Below, one piece after another: positions 21,488-31,134 of a DNA stretch of 64,000 nucleotides; position 1 is the stretch's first letter; every line of letters begins with the position of its first letter. The DNA comes from Candidatus Latescibacterota bacterium (GTDB lineage: Bacteria > Latescibacterota > UBA2968 > UBA8231), in the NCBI GenBank assembly GCA_965219385.1, contig CBDCNM010000002.1:3110305-3174304 (forward strand), given 5' to 3'. The notes beneath the pieces were generated by a model. It had not been told where the DNA came from. It did not search any database and saw only the letters and a list, made by a program, of their open reading frames with translations. The position numbers and the translations under genes were made by a program.

Positions 21488-21702
21488 CAGTACTTCACGG
21501 AATCGGTGGGAGGGGCCGTGTGGGGATTGTGCCTCTGGCGTTTTACGATGCCCAGGGCGCTCTTGCCCGGCTCCACCCCCCCAGGCAGGCCTGAGTCCCA
21601 GAGCCCCTTTTCTCCGCTCCACCCCCCCATAAAACGCTGCCGGCAAAATCCCCTCCCGGCCTTGAGGTCCAAATAGTTACGGGTGTATTTCGTACAGTAC
21701 TG
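21488..21702. mobile_element. MITE-like element, copy 2 (215 bp)
   Basis: Ends CAGTACTTCACGGAAT / ATTTCGTACAGTACTG; internal blocks match 3803..3943 plus an extra internal segment. Confidence 0.7.
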
Positions 21703-21740
21703 AAATAGTAGTAAAAAACGCAGCGACCAGCAAAGTGTCA

Positions 21741-21968
21741 ATGACACGACCACCACCACCCAGGACGAGAGGACTCATCGGCGCAGGGAGAGCAGGCGTG
21801 CCGCGAGCCCGCGCCTTCGACATGCGCCTTCGACATGCGCCTTCGACATGCGCCTTCGACATGCGCCCTCTGTGCCAGGCGGTAGCCATCGCGGACACCG
21901 GTCAGGCCAACCTCGAGCTGGCTTCGAAGCGCTTCGGCGTGCCCGGATACAGCACCTGGAAGGACTGA
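21741..21968 (+). pseudogene. Gfo/Idh/MocA oxidoreductase N-terminal relic containing a tandem repeat
   Basis: GLIGAGRAG nucleotide-binding motif, 'VAIAD...RFGVPGY' then stop. Confidence 0.6.
21811..21867. repeat. 13-bp tandem repeat (GCGCCTTCGACAT) x4 plus partial
   Basis: Directly visible, perfect copies. Confidence 0.95.
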
Positions 21969-22102
21969 GGGCTGTAACAGCCGTCGGATTGACACGGCAC
22001 CCGAAAGGACCTTTTATTCTTTTCGATACATCGGGTCCGTGGCCAGGGGCATTCTTGGACGGGCCCCTTAAAACCCGCCTCGCAGCGAGGAGCTGGCGAT
22101 CC

Positions 22103-23359
22103 ATGAAAATCACCGACGTCGATCTCATCCAGATCTACCCAAAGAACCAGAGCCGCAATCGCAACAACTACGCCTTCTACGGCCAGCTCAGCCAGATCAC
22201 CGTGTACCGGGTGACGACGGACTCCGGCCTGGTCGGCTACGGCGAGACCCGCGGGCCCATGCCCCCCAGGTCCTCCGTGGATGCCGTCATCGGCCGCGCT
22301 CCCTTCGACTACATCGACAGCAACCTGAACCACGGCCTGGTGGCCGCTCTCTACGACGTGATGGGCAAGTATCTCGAGGTGCCGGCTTACAAGTTGATGG
22401 GACAGAAGCGGCGCGACGCCGTGTCCCTGGCGGCGTGGACGCGCCCCTGCTCGCCGGCGGAGTTCGCCGAGGAGGTGACGCACGCGGCGGCGGCGGGCTA
22501 CACCATCCTCAAGATGCACACCTCGCCGTTGTGGGACGTGCTGGAGCATGTGCGGCAGGTGGAAGCCGTGGCGCCGCAGGGGTTCCGCCTGCATTTCGAC
22601 TTCAACGGCGGCACCGTGGACAGCCGCTCGCCGCGCACCGTGGCGACGGTGCTGCCCCTTGTGCGCGAGCTGGAGGGCCACCCCGTCGTCGGCTTCATCG
22701 AGGACGCGCTGGCGCGCTACGACGTGCACGGCTGGCGGACCCTGCGCGAGCGCACGCGGATCCCCCTCATCCTCGGGCACGGTGGCATGCTGGGGACCGC
22801 CCTCGATGCGACCCTCGGCATGGCGGACCTTTACATGCTGGGCGGTGGTGGCATCGGCCAGACCCTGGCGCGCGGCCAGGCCCTGGGCCTGCTGAATACC
22901 CAGGTGATGTTCCAGCTTGTCGGCAATGCCCTGAGCGCGGCCCTGGCGATGCACATGGCCGCGGTGCTGCCCACGGCGACGGGCCACTGCATCACCCAGA
23001 TGGAGCAGTACGAGGAGGACATCGTGCGAACGCCTATCGCCGTGCAGGAGGGCTTCGCACCGGTGCCCGAGGCACCGGGTCTCGGGCTCGAGGTCGACGA
23101 CGACGCCCTGTCGCGCCTGGCGGCCAACCCGGATCCGTATGCCTCGATCCCGCGGGGGATCGGGATCCTGCGGCTGCCCTACGGCAAGACCCTGTACACC
23201 CGCTCCTTCCCGAACGTGGGCCGCCAGACCGGGACCGAGGAGGGGGCGATCCGCGGCATCGACTTCGAGCTGTGGCAGGACGACGGCTCCGAACGCTTCG
23301 AGCAGCTCTACGCGCGACTCGAAAAGGACGGCTCCTTCCTGGCGGAGGGGGCCGACTGA
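22103..23359 (+). CDS. Mandelate racemase / muconate lactonizing enzyme (enolase superfamily) protein
   Basis: TTDSGLVGYGE, ALYDVMGK, DFN, FIED, PEAPGLGLEVD. Confidence 0.88.
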   Translation: MKITDVDLIQIYPKNQSRNRNNYAFYGQLSQITVYRVTTDSGLVGYGETRGPMPPRSSVDAVIGRAPFDYIDSNLNHGLVAALYDVMGKYLEVPAYKLMGQKRRDAVSLAAWTRPCSPAEFAEEVTHAAAAGYTILKMHTSPLWDVLEHVRQVEAVAPQGFRLHFDFNGGTVDSRSPRTVATVLPLVRELEGHPVVGFIEDALARYDVHGWRTLRERTRIPLILGHGGMLGTALDATLGMADLYMLGGGGIGQTLARGQALGLLNTQVMFQLVGNALSAALAMHMAAVLPTATGHCITQMEQYEEDIVRTPIAVQEGFAPVPEAPGLGLEVDDDALSRLAANPDPYASIPRGIGILRLPYGKTLYTRSFPNVGRQTGTEEGAIRGIDFELWQDDGSERFEQLYARLEKDGSFLAEGAD

Positions 23360-24114
23360 TGCGCGTCCTGCTTCTGGGCGGCAACGGCTACCTGGGCCCC
23401 CACGTGGTGCGGGAGCTGGAGCGCGACCACCAGCTCGTGGTCACCGACGTCGCTCCCATCGATACGCCCCACCCGTCGCAGGTCGTCGACATCTCCGACT
23501 GGGACCAGGTGCGCGCGGCCGCCGAGGGCACGGATGCCATCGTGAACTGCTCGGTGCTGCGCCCCGATCGCAAGCTGGCCTTCGAGGTGAACACCCGCGG
23601 CACGTGGAACGCCGTGCGCGCGGCCGTCGAGCTGGGGCACGAGCGCTTTATCAACACGGGGCCGCGGTTCACGATCGTCGGCCCGTCCTATCTGGACTGC
23701 GACTTCGGCATCCGCGAGGAGATCCCGCCCCATCCGGGGACGAGCCTCTACGCCCTGACCAAATCGCTGGGGCAGGAGGTCTGCCGGGTCTTTGCCGAGC
23801 AGCATCCGATCCACGTCCTCACCCTCCTTTTCTCGTCCTTTGTCGAGCCGACCCCGGCCCATCCGCCGCCTGCCGGCATGAACCCCTTTGCCGTCACCTT
23901 TGCCGACGCCGCCCGCGGCGTGCGCGACGCCCTCGAAGTCGATCTGGCGCGGCTGCCCTCGCGTTGCGAGGTCTTCTTCATGACCGTCGACCTGCCCCAG
24001 GACCAGGTGCGCGGCGGCAAGGCGCGGCGGCTGCTGGGGTGGGAACCGCAGCATCGACTCGAGACCTACTTCCGGGCGAAATCTCCCCCGGAAAGGTCGC
24101 GTTTTGACGGATGA
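23359..24114 (+). CDS. NAD-dependent epimerase/dehydratase (uronate dehydrogenase-like)
   Basis: GGNGYLG, YALTK; TGATG coupling to upstream gene. Confidence 0.85.
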   Translation: MRVLLLGGNGYLGPHVVRELERDHQLVVTDVAPIDTPHPSQVVDISDWDQVRAAAEGTDAIVNCSVLRPDRKLAFEVNTRGTWNAVRAAVELGHERFINTGPRFTIVGPSYLDCDFGIREEIPPHPGTSLYALTKSLGQEVCRVFAEQHPIHVLTLLFSSFVEPTPAHPPPAGMNPFAVTFADAARGVRDALEVDLARLPSRCEVFFMTVDLPQDQVRGGKARRLLGWEPQHRLETYFRAKSPPERSRFDG

Positions 24115-24286
24115 GGGTCGAGAGGTTGCGCTCGGCCGCAGGATCGCCACCCTGGTGGATGGAGAAGTGCGCGCCGGGGAACATGCGGCGCAATTCGAGA
24201 TGCGAGGTCTGGCGGGCGGGGTGTACTTCTGCTCGTTTACAGCAGGGGCATTCAAGCAAACCCGCAAGATAATTTTGGTAAAGTAG
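24104..24286 (+). pseudogene. Orphan C-terminal secretion/sorting domain (T9SS-CTD/FlgD-Ig-like) fragment
   Basis: 'GRRIATLVDG...AGEH...LAGGVYF...TRKIILVK*' without a passenger domain. Confidence 0.65.
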
Positions 24287-24351
24287 GATCGCGGCCTTAC
24301 CTTTTTGAGGAACCCGTAGAAGAATCCAAATACGAAGAGGAAGATGAGGAA

Positions 24352-25050
24352 ATGTTGTCGAGGTTTACTGTAGCAGCTGCCATACTTTTGTGCATTGCGT
24401 CCGGGCTGGCCGCACAGGATTTTCAAGCCGGCCTCAATTTTTTAGTGGGTCAGCCCAAGGGCGAATTTCGAGACAATGTCGAAGATTGGGGATTCGGCCT
24501 CGGCGGCATGGTTGCCTATCGCCCGGGCAACGGTCCGCTCATGATCGGGGCCGACCTGGAGTTCGCGATTTACGGCAGCGAGACCCGTCAGGAGCCGTTC
24601 AGCCTCACCATCCCCGATGTAACAGTCGAGGTAGAGACTGCAAACAATATCCTTCTCCTGCACGCTCTGACTCGCTTGCAAGGTGACCGCGGAGTTTTCC
24701 GACCCTATGTGGAGGGGTTCATCGGCACGCACTACTTCTTTACCCAAACTGAGATCCGCGATGAAGATGATTTTGAAGAAGATCCCATTGCTTCGTCTAC
24801 CAACCAGGAAGATGTAACATTCAGCTATGGCGCCGGCGGCGGGGCCATGTTTCTGGTGTACCAGGACAAACAGTCGCAAGGGAAAGAGGAAGTGCTCATC
24901 GATTTTCGCGTGCGCTATTTGTACGGCGGGGAGGCCACTTACCTGAAAAAAGGTTCGATCACGCGTGAAAACGGCGCGGTATCCATCGACCCATTGCGCT
25001 CGTACACAGACTTTTTGACATATCAGCTTGGTGTGGTATATGCCTTCTAA
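24352..25050 (+). CDS. Outer-membrane beta-barrel protein
   Basis: Signal peptide, amphipathic beta strands, C-terminal YAF. Confidence 0.75.
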   Translation: MLSRFTVAAAILLCIASGLAAQDFQAGLNFLVGQPKGEFRDNVEDWGFGLGGMVAYRPGNGPLMIGADLEFAIYGSETRQEPFSLTIPDVTVEVETANNILLLHALTRLQGDRGVFRPYVEGFIGTHYFFTQTEIRDEDDFEEDPIASSTNQEDVTFSYGAGGGAMFLVYQDKQSQGKEEVLIDFRVRYLYGGEATYLKKGSITRENGAVSIDPLRSYTDFLTYQLGVVYAF

Positions 25051-25059
25051 TCAAGCAGG

Positions 25060-26114
25060 GTACTTGTACGAAGCCATCAAAGAAGGTCGATTCGGGCAAG
25101 CGAAGGTAGAGCCGTGAATTGGAAAAATACTCCTCCAGCGCCAACCGGCCCCGGGCCTTCCCCGACTGCTCCGTGCCCCCATACCGGCCCAGGTCCAGCC
25201 GGCTCCCCTCCTTGGCAGGAAGGCCACTGACTCCAGGCGTGCCCAGGTCCAGCCCCGGAGAATCGGCCTGGAGGGTGTAATCGCCGGCGGCGGCATCCCT
25301 GAACCTCGGAGCGCTCCACAACGCCCGCCGCGTGCTGGTCACCGTCCCGCTCAGGTCCGCATCGCCGTTGGCGTGCCCCAGGTAATAGTCCACCCTCACT
25401 ACATCCTCAGCCTTCTCCGAAACAGCCCCCTGACCCGGGGCCACCACGCCTCCCCCGGGAAAACCCGACGCGATCGTGTTGCGCACCAGACCCGACGTCC
25501 CCCCCTTGAATTGAATCCCCTTGCCCCGGTCGCCTCCCGTCGAGTGCAGCGTGTTGTTGAGGATCTGGGTGTTATCACTGCGATAGTCGTATGCCACACC
25601 GGCCCGCGCCGCCGTCGTATCGCGAAAGGTGACCAGCACCACGTCCAGCGTACAGGGCGACACCCGGGTGGCCCGTGACCCGCGGGCACCGGCCCCACTC
25701 GGCCACAGCACAGGCAGTAGCCCGGACGTTCCTCCTAAATAATCAAGGGTCGCTCCTGCATACAGGTAGAGCACTTTGTTGGCGATTTGTGTGGCCGCAG
25801 CAGCGGTCTCATATGGAAAATCGGCCGGCAAGGTCAGATTAGCGCTAGCGGCCGTTTCCGCAGCGGGCCAAAAGGACCCGGGTCCCCTGCTTGCGTACCA
25901 CGCCTTTGTATTGGGGAGCCCTATCCAAACAGGCTGGTCCCTAGTGCCGCAGGGGTCGTTCTCACATTCGTTCAGAATGTGAAAACGCAGGATGTCCTCG
26001 CCGTGTACCTGGTGAAAATAGGCCCTCAGGCTCCCGAAGACGGTCAGGTTTTCCGTAGATTTACCTGGTGCCGTATGCGCTATGGTACCCGTATATTCAG
26101 GCACGCCCTCGTAG
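25060..26114 (-). pseudogene. 3' part of interrupted M6-metalloprotease-like secreted protein, fused to beta-helix / choice-of-anchor-like fragments
   Basis: Reads SYEGVPEYTG...VFGSLRAYF then 'NNTL...DYTLQADSPGLDLG...LDLGRYGG'; in frame with 27563..28129 once the IS is removed; 3' boundary approximate. Confidence 0.6.
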
Positions 26115-27561
26115 CTCGATTTTATCCAAACGCGCATGGCAGGAGGCCGGTATCCTCCGTACTGTTGATGGTATCCAAGCATCGACAGCCCAGGAGAAAC
26201 CGATGAGCCCCCTGCCGAAAGATATAATAACGATTTTGTCGCCCTTTGCCCCCCTTTTTTCGAGCCGCGTTTGGCCGCAGGCTCAGACGCTGTTGGTCGG
26301 GGCGCTGTTAGCCCCGGGTAAACGCACGGTCAGCGCCGTGTTGGAGGTGTTGGGCTTGAGCCAACAGCCTACCTTTCAAACCTACCACCGGATCCTCAAC
26401 CGCTGTGTGTGGTCGCCCCTGGCCGGCAGTAAGCTACTCCTCCAGGCGTTGGTGGCCGCCTTTGCCCCCCACGGGCCCCTGGTCCTGGGCCTGGATGAGA
26501 CCATCGAGCGGCGCCGGGGCGCCCAGATTGGGGCCCGAGGCATCTACCGGGATCCCGTCCGCTCGAGTGGGCCCCACCTGGTCAAGGCTAGCGGCTTGCG
26601 CTGGCTGTCGTTGATGCTGGTAGCGCCTATCCCTTGGGCGGATCGAAGTTGGGCCTTACCCTTTATGAGTGTGCTGTGTCCGTCGGCCCGCTACTATACT
26701 CAGCGCCAGCGCACCCCCCTCACCCTGTTGCAACGGGGGCAGACTATGCTCAAGCTGGTAGCGCGCTGGCTGCCCACCCGCCGGCTGGTCGTGGTCGCCG
26801 ATAGCACCTTCTCCGCCTTGGCCTTTCTCGACGCGGTTCGGCCCCACGTGGGGCTGATTACCCGCTTGCGGTTGGATGCGGCCCTGTATGACCCACCACC
26901 AACCCGCACGCCGCACACGCGGGGACGCCCCCGCGGCAAAGGCGCCCGGCAGCCCACCCTCCAGCAGCACCTGGACGATCCGACTACCCCTTGGCACCCC
27001 CTCACCCTGGACCGGTGGTATGCCGCCGGCCCCTATACAGTGGAAACCTACAGCCAAACGGCGCTGTGGTATCACACTGGCTTGCCCGCCGTGCCCCTCC
27101 GCTGGCTGCTGATCCGAGACCCGGCCGGCCGCTTCGCGCCCCAAGCCTTGCTCTCGACCGATGTGCGTCTGTCCCCTCGGCAAATGCTGACCTATTTTCT
27201 CCAACGCTGGTCGGTAGAAACTACCTTTGAGGAAGCCCGCGCCCATCTGGGCATGGAAACCCAACGCCAATGGAATGAGCGGGCCATTGCCCGGACCACG
27301 CCGGTCATCTTGGCCTTGTTTAGTCTGGTCGCCCTCATCGCCAATCGGCTGGCCCCCAAAAGCGCCTCCCCCTGCCATGCCACGGCCTGGTATGGCAAAC
27401 GAAAACCCACCTTTTCCGATGCCGTGGCCTGGGTCCGACAACGGCTCTGGCAGGCTTTTTCCAACCTGCCCAACCAACACGACCTGATAAAAATCCCTCG
27501 AAGCCTACTCAACCGCTTGATACACACCGTCTCGTACGCTACATAAATGGATAAAGTCGAG
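26115..27561 (+). mobile_element. IS701-like insertion sequence
   Basis: TIRs CTCGATTTTATCCA / TGGATAAAGTCGAG; flanks CGTAG / CTTAG (4 of 5 match). Confidence 0.85.
26203..27546 (+). CDS. DDE transposase (IS701/IS4-like)
   Basis: LGLDET, VVADS, RWSVETTFEEARAHLG. Confidence 0.9.
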   Translation: MSPLPKDIITILSPFAPLFSSRVWPQAQTLLVGALLAPGKRTVSAVLEVLGLSQQPTFQTYHRILNRCVWSPLAGSKLLLQALVAAFAPHGPLVLGLDETIERRRGAQIGARGIYRDPVRSSGPHLVKASGLRWLSLMLVAPIPWADRSWALPFMSVLCPSARYYTQRQRTPLTLLQRGQTMLKLVARWLPTRRLVVVADSTFSALAFLDAVRPHVGLITRLRLDAALYDPPPTRTPHTRGRPRGKGARQPTLQQHLDDPTTPWHPLTLDRWYAAGPYTVETYSQTALWYHTGLPAVPLRWLLIRDPAGRFAPQALLSTDVRLSPRQMLTYFLQRWSVETTFEEARAHLGMETQRQWNERAIARTTPVILALFSLVALIANRLAPKSASPCHATAWYGKRKPTFSDAVAWVRQRLWQAFSNLPNQHDLIKIPRSLLNRLIHTVSYAT

Positions 27562-27562
27562 C

Positions 27563-28129
27563 TTAGCTGCCCCCGTTGAAGAATTGATTGAACTGGGCCA
27601 TCGAGTAACCCCAAGGCTGGTCGTAGTTGGCGTAGCTACCCGAAGAAGCGTCGACAAAGCTGACCATGACCACGTATACGTCACAAGGGGATGTCCCCGT
27701 ACAAGGCACATGGGTAGGGTCGCCATGTCGCCCACCGGACGCCTGCCTTTTCGGATCTTTGATGTACCCGCTAGCGACGCGCTCGGCCTGTAGGGCGGCG
27801 CGCCGTTTGGCGCTGCGCTGCAGATGCGGCGCAATGCCGTGGGCTGCAGGGTCATCGATGCCGACCTTGGCGTTCGAAGCCCGAAAGTCGCCCTGGCTGT
27901 CCAGCTCCGCATAGTACAAATACCCGTCGGCCGGGTTATGCACGAAAGCATAGCCATCGCCGGTGACCCAGTTGATCTCGAATTCGTCTCCGAATACATG
28001 GGCGGCAAAGGTGGTGCTGTCGGGCTGGGTAAAGGGCGCCCACTGGTCGACCACCATGGCATGAACGCGGCCGGTGCCGGTCCACAACGCGAGCAGCACC
28101 CATGGAATGACCCATCGAGTACTCACCAT
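27563..28129 (-). pseudogene. 5' part of secreted M6-metalloprotease-like protein truncated by IS
   Basis: Signal peptide; 'FTQPDSTTF...GDE' propeptide-like motif; 'VVMVSFVD'; stops at the IS boundary. Confidence 0.65.
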
Positions 28130-28130
28130 T

Positions 28131-28979
28131 TCAATCCTCCCCTTCGTGACAAGGGCATTTTCGTTTCAAGGAACCCCAGGAGTCCTCCTGGATGGCAGTG
28201 TTTCGTGGGGGGGGGCCCCCGACAGGGCGTGTGTCCGGACAAGGCACATGGTCGGTGTGCTCGACCTGTGTGGCTACACGTTTTGCGGTCGGGTCAGTCC
28301 ACGTTTCCAACCGCACGCCGTTTATGAGCGCCGACACAAGGAAAAGAGAAACAGCAGGCGTGTTAGCGACACATTCCCGTAGCCCAAATCCCCCCTCGAA
28401 TCCCGCTCTTCCCTCGTTCTTACGAGCTATACCACTACTTTTTGGACCACCAAAGTAAAAGCCAAAGGTGTTGGGAAGCTCGGAATAGGGAAAAAGATTG
28501 TGGGCGTCGGGTCCGCTTCTAATGATTACTGGTGAAAACCCCCCCTCTCCTTCTCTTACGACAACTAATGAATCTGCTCCTAATTCGGGAATGGTGTAGG
28601 ATGGAAATCGCCCAGGCGTTGGTAGAAACTGGTACAGGGCGAGGTCGCCGTCCTGCTGGCGAAATAAAAGGCGCTTGCCCTCCCAACGCACTTTCTTGCC
28701 GGCGATGAACCAGTCGGGTACCGGGGGGGCCTCATACGGCATGTTGCTGAAGACATGGTAGGTATGCCCGTCGATGTCTTCCGTGTGGGTAATGCAGATG
28801 GTTGCGAATGTCTCTATTCTACCATCGCCCTCTTCTGTAGCGTAGTGCTGGTAATGCCAACTGTTCCCCACAGCCAAGGGCAGCATCTGGTGCACCGGCT
28901 CCTCGGCCTCGACCAGGGATGCAGCCCACAACCCGCCCCAGCCGAGTACAAGGGCAGCACTCCATTTACACAGCTTCAT
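28131..28979 (-). CDS. Secreted hypothetical protein with C-terminal TAIxxxSWGxLK tail
   Basis: Signal peptide, 'PLAVGNSWHY' start motif, tail TAIQEDSWGSLKR. Confidence 0.7.
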   Translation of the reverse strand: MKLCKWSAALVLGWGGLWAASLVEAEEPVHQMLPLAVGNSWHYQHYATEEGDGRIETFATICITHTEDIDGHTYHVFSNMPYEAPPVPDWFIAGKKVRWEGKRLLFRQQDGDLALYQFLPTPGRFPSYTIPELGADSLVVVREGEGGFSPVIIRSGPDAHNLFPYSELPNTFGFYFGGPKSSGIARKNEGRAGFEGGFGLRECVANTPAVSLFLVSALINGVRLETWTDPTAKRVATQVEHTDHVPCPDTRPVGGPPPRNTAIQEDSWGSLKRKCPCHEGED

Positions 28980-28982
28980 GAT

Positions 28983-29276
28983 CTACTCCTCCTTTAATAA
29001 CTGGATTCTCTTCAGGGCTCCCCAACTTGACGGGCGAACCGCCGTGTGAAGGGGGCCTTCAGGCCCACTCAACCAGGGCTCAAACGCGACAATCCCCAGC
29101 CCGTCCTCATCAGCACCGTCCCATATTTTCTCCCGGATCGATGCGCGCTCGTCCGTGTTCCACCAGTTGAAGCGGGCGTCGATGGCATTGGGGTTGTCCC
29201 GCAAGCGAATACCTGCTTTAGTCAAGAAGTCATTATACTGGATGGTCGGCTGCGCGTCGTATAGAACCTCAAGCAC
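28983..29276 (-). pseudogene. C-terminal relic of a beta-helix secreted protein with TAVxxxSWGxLK tail
   Basis: 'IDARFNWW...IWDG...FEPWL...HTAVRPSSWGALKR'; no convincing start. Confidence 0.6.
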
Positions 29277-29441
29277 AGCAAAAGCGCCGATGAATCCGCC
29301 GATGAGTGGTGGTCACCGGCGCCAACACTCATGACAAGACGGTGGCCTTGGACCCACTGGATGGTAGGGTATGGGTGGTGGCACTCCACATCCTCCCTGC
29401 ATGAACAGTGGAAGGTTTTGCGCGCTGCCAGAGTCCTTACC

Positions 29442-30026
29442 CTACTCCACCATCATCAGGGTCTCCGCCAGCGCGAAGACGCACGAGCTGCGATCGCCGC
29501 CGATGCTCGAACGCCATATATCGCGGGTGTAGGCCTCCCCTGCGATGGGCCGGCCATCCAGCGTCAGGGTGGTATCCCTGGTAAAGTAAAGCAGCGAGAA
29601 GATATGGACCTTTTCCTGGCCGCTGGGCGCCGGGCCCCAGTAGATGGTGGCCGGCTCGGTGACGGTCCAGGTCGATTCGAGGGCGTGAGCAGCCGCCTCG
29701 ATGGTCCACCCAGGGCTGGTGCGGATGTCGCCCCCCTTCGACAGGGAAGCATCCACGACGGGCATCTCGTGGTCGAACTGGTTGCCGCGTCCGCGGATCA
29801 TGTTCTGGTAGGTCCAGGCGGCCAGTTCGCGGTTGTCGGTGTAGGTCGCGTCGATGCCAGCCTCCGGGATGATGACGAAGGCCACGGTGCCCCCGCCGGC
29901 CTCGGAGTAGCGGGTGTGGTAGAGGCTGAAGCTGCCGCTATCCGTAGCCTGGCCGGGTCTGCGGATGTAGTTGATCCAGTGCTCGCCGGACCAGTGAACC
30001 TTCCCCTCGAAATGGTCGTTTGCCAT
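29442..30026 (-). CDS. Hypothetical protein (beta-rich, 194 aa)
   Basis: GAGG RBS, typical codon usage, no motif recognised. Confidence 0.7.
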   Translation of the reverse strand: MANDHFEGKVHWSGEHWINYIRRPGQATDSGSFSLYHTRYSEAGGGTVAFVIIPEAGIDATYTDNRELAAWTYQNMIRGRGNQFDHEMPVVDASLSKGGDIRTSPGWTIEAAAHALESTWTVTEPATIYWGPAPSGQEKVHIFSLLYFTRDTTLTLDGRPIAGEAYTRDIWRSSIGGDRSSCVFALAETLMMVE

Positions 30027-30123
30027 GGGTCACCTCACAGGATACAAATGTCTGCCACAATCACGACACGCGTTAAGGTATAATCAAGGGAAGGCACGTG
30101 CAAGGCCATCCGCACCTCAACCA

Positions 30124-30156
30124 CTTGACCACATATCCGAAAAGAGCTTTTATAGT
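30124..30156 (+). promoter_or_regulatory. Shared upstream motif CTTGACY-N8-GAAAAG-N6-7-TAT, copy 1
   Basis: CTTGACC ACATATCCG AAAAG AGCTTT TATAGT; similar at 41647 and 45034. Confidence 0.55.
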
Positions 30157-30205
30157 TTTTATTTGCCCCCAAGCTAATTTATATTGAAGAAAGGAGGATC
30201 TATCC

Positions 30206-31024
30206 ATGATCATAGAGTGGAACAACCACATGTTCAGCGCCGATCAGGAGCGCTTTCCGCTGCATCCGGATTGGGAGGGTAAATGGCCCTACGATCCCAA
30301 CTTTCCGGTCGGCCACCCGCTGGACGCCTACATGGCGCACATGGACCGGGAGGGCATCGACCGGGCCGTGCTGGTGCAGCCGGGGCCCTACTGGGAGGAC
30401 CACAGCCTGGTCCTGGACTGCCTGGAACGCGAGCCGCAACGCTTCAAAGGGGCCTGTTTGTTCCGACCCGAGCGCGAGGACGCGCCGGACAGGATGGCGG
30501 AACTGGTAGCGCAGCAACCGCTCATTATCGCCCTGCGCTTCCACCTGGGCGGCGGCGAGAACCTGGGGCCGGACAGCACCCTGGATCCAGGGGTACAGGC
30601 CCTGTGGATCAAGGCCCTGGAGCTGGGGATGATTATCGAGTTGCACATGCACTCCACCTACGCCTTTCCCGTAGCCAATATGCTGCGCGCCCATCCGCGG
30701 ACCACGGCGGTGATTGACCACCTGGCCGAGGCCGGCTTCAGGAACACCGGCACGCCGGTGGAATTCGCCAATTTACTGGATCTGGCGGCCTTCGACAGGG
30801 TCTACATGAAGCTTTCCGGCCTGAATCACTTTGCCAAGGACGAGCCGCACTATTTGAGCGCGCGGCCCTTTACCCGCCGGGTGATCGCCGAGTTTGGTCC
30901 GGACCAGCTGGTCTGGGGCAGCGGGGTGCCCGGGATCGTGGACGCGCACATGCCCGAGTATTCGGAGGCGGACCGGATGAAGGTGAAGGGGGGCAATCTG
31001 CGGCGCTTGCTGGGATTCGATTGA
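30206..31024 (+). CDS. Amidohydrolase_2 family protein
   Basis: GIDRAVLVQP, VIDHLA, VYMKLSG, FGPDQLVWGS; metal ligands degenerate (WNNH, no terminal Asp). Confidence 0.8.
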   Translation: MIIEWNNHMFSADQERFPLHPDWEGKWPYDPNFPVGHPLDAYMAHMDREGIDRAVLVQPGPYWEDHSLVLDCLEREPQRFKGACLFRPEREDAPDRMAELVAQQPLIIALRFHLGGGENLGPDSTLDPGVQALWIKALELGMIIELHMHSTYAFPVANMLRAHPRTTAVIDHLAEAGFRNTGTPVEFANLLDLAAFDRVYMKLSGLNHFAKDEPHYLSARPFTRRVIAEFGPDQLVWGSGVPGIVDAHMPEYSEADRMKVKGGNLRRLLGFD

Positions 31025-31134
31025 TCGAGGTCTTTGGTGGGAATCAAAGGATAGAGTATATTTATCGATGAAACAGTTGTAGATTGCCACACCTGAACAA
31101 AACCTATGGAAATTCTTGCTTGGAAAGGAAGATC

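Noticed and set aside
21811..21867. Tandem repeat as a CRISPR array
   Set aside because: Contiguous 13-bp units with no spacers and no cas genes
21967..22070. Possible third MITE (GAGGGCTGTAACAG...TTGGACGGGCCCCT) truncating the Gfo relic
   Set aside because: Inverted repeat too degenerate, no second copy and no target duplication
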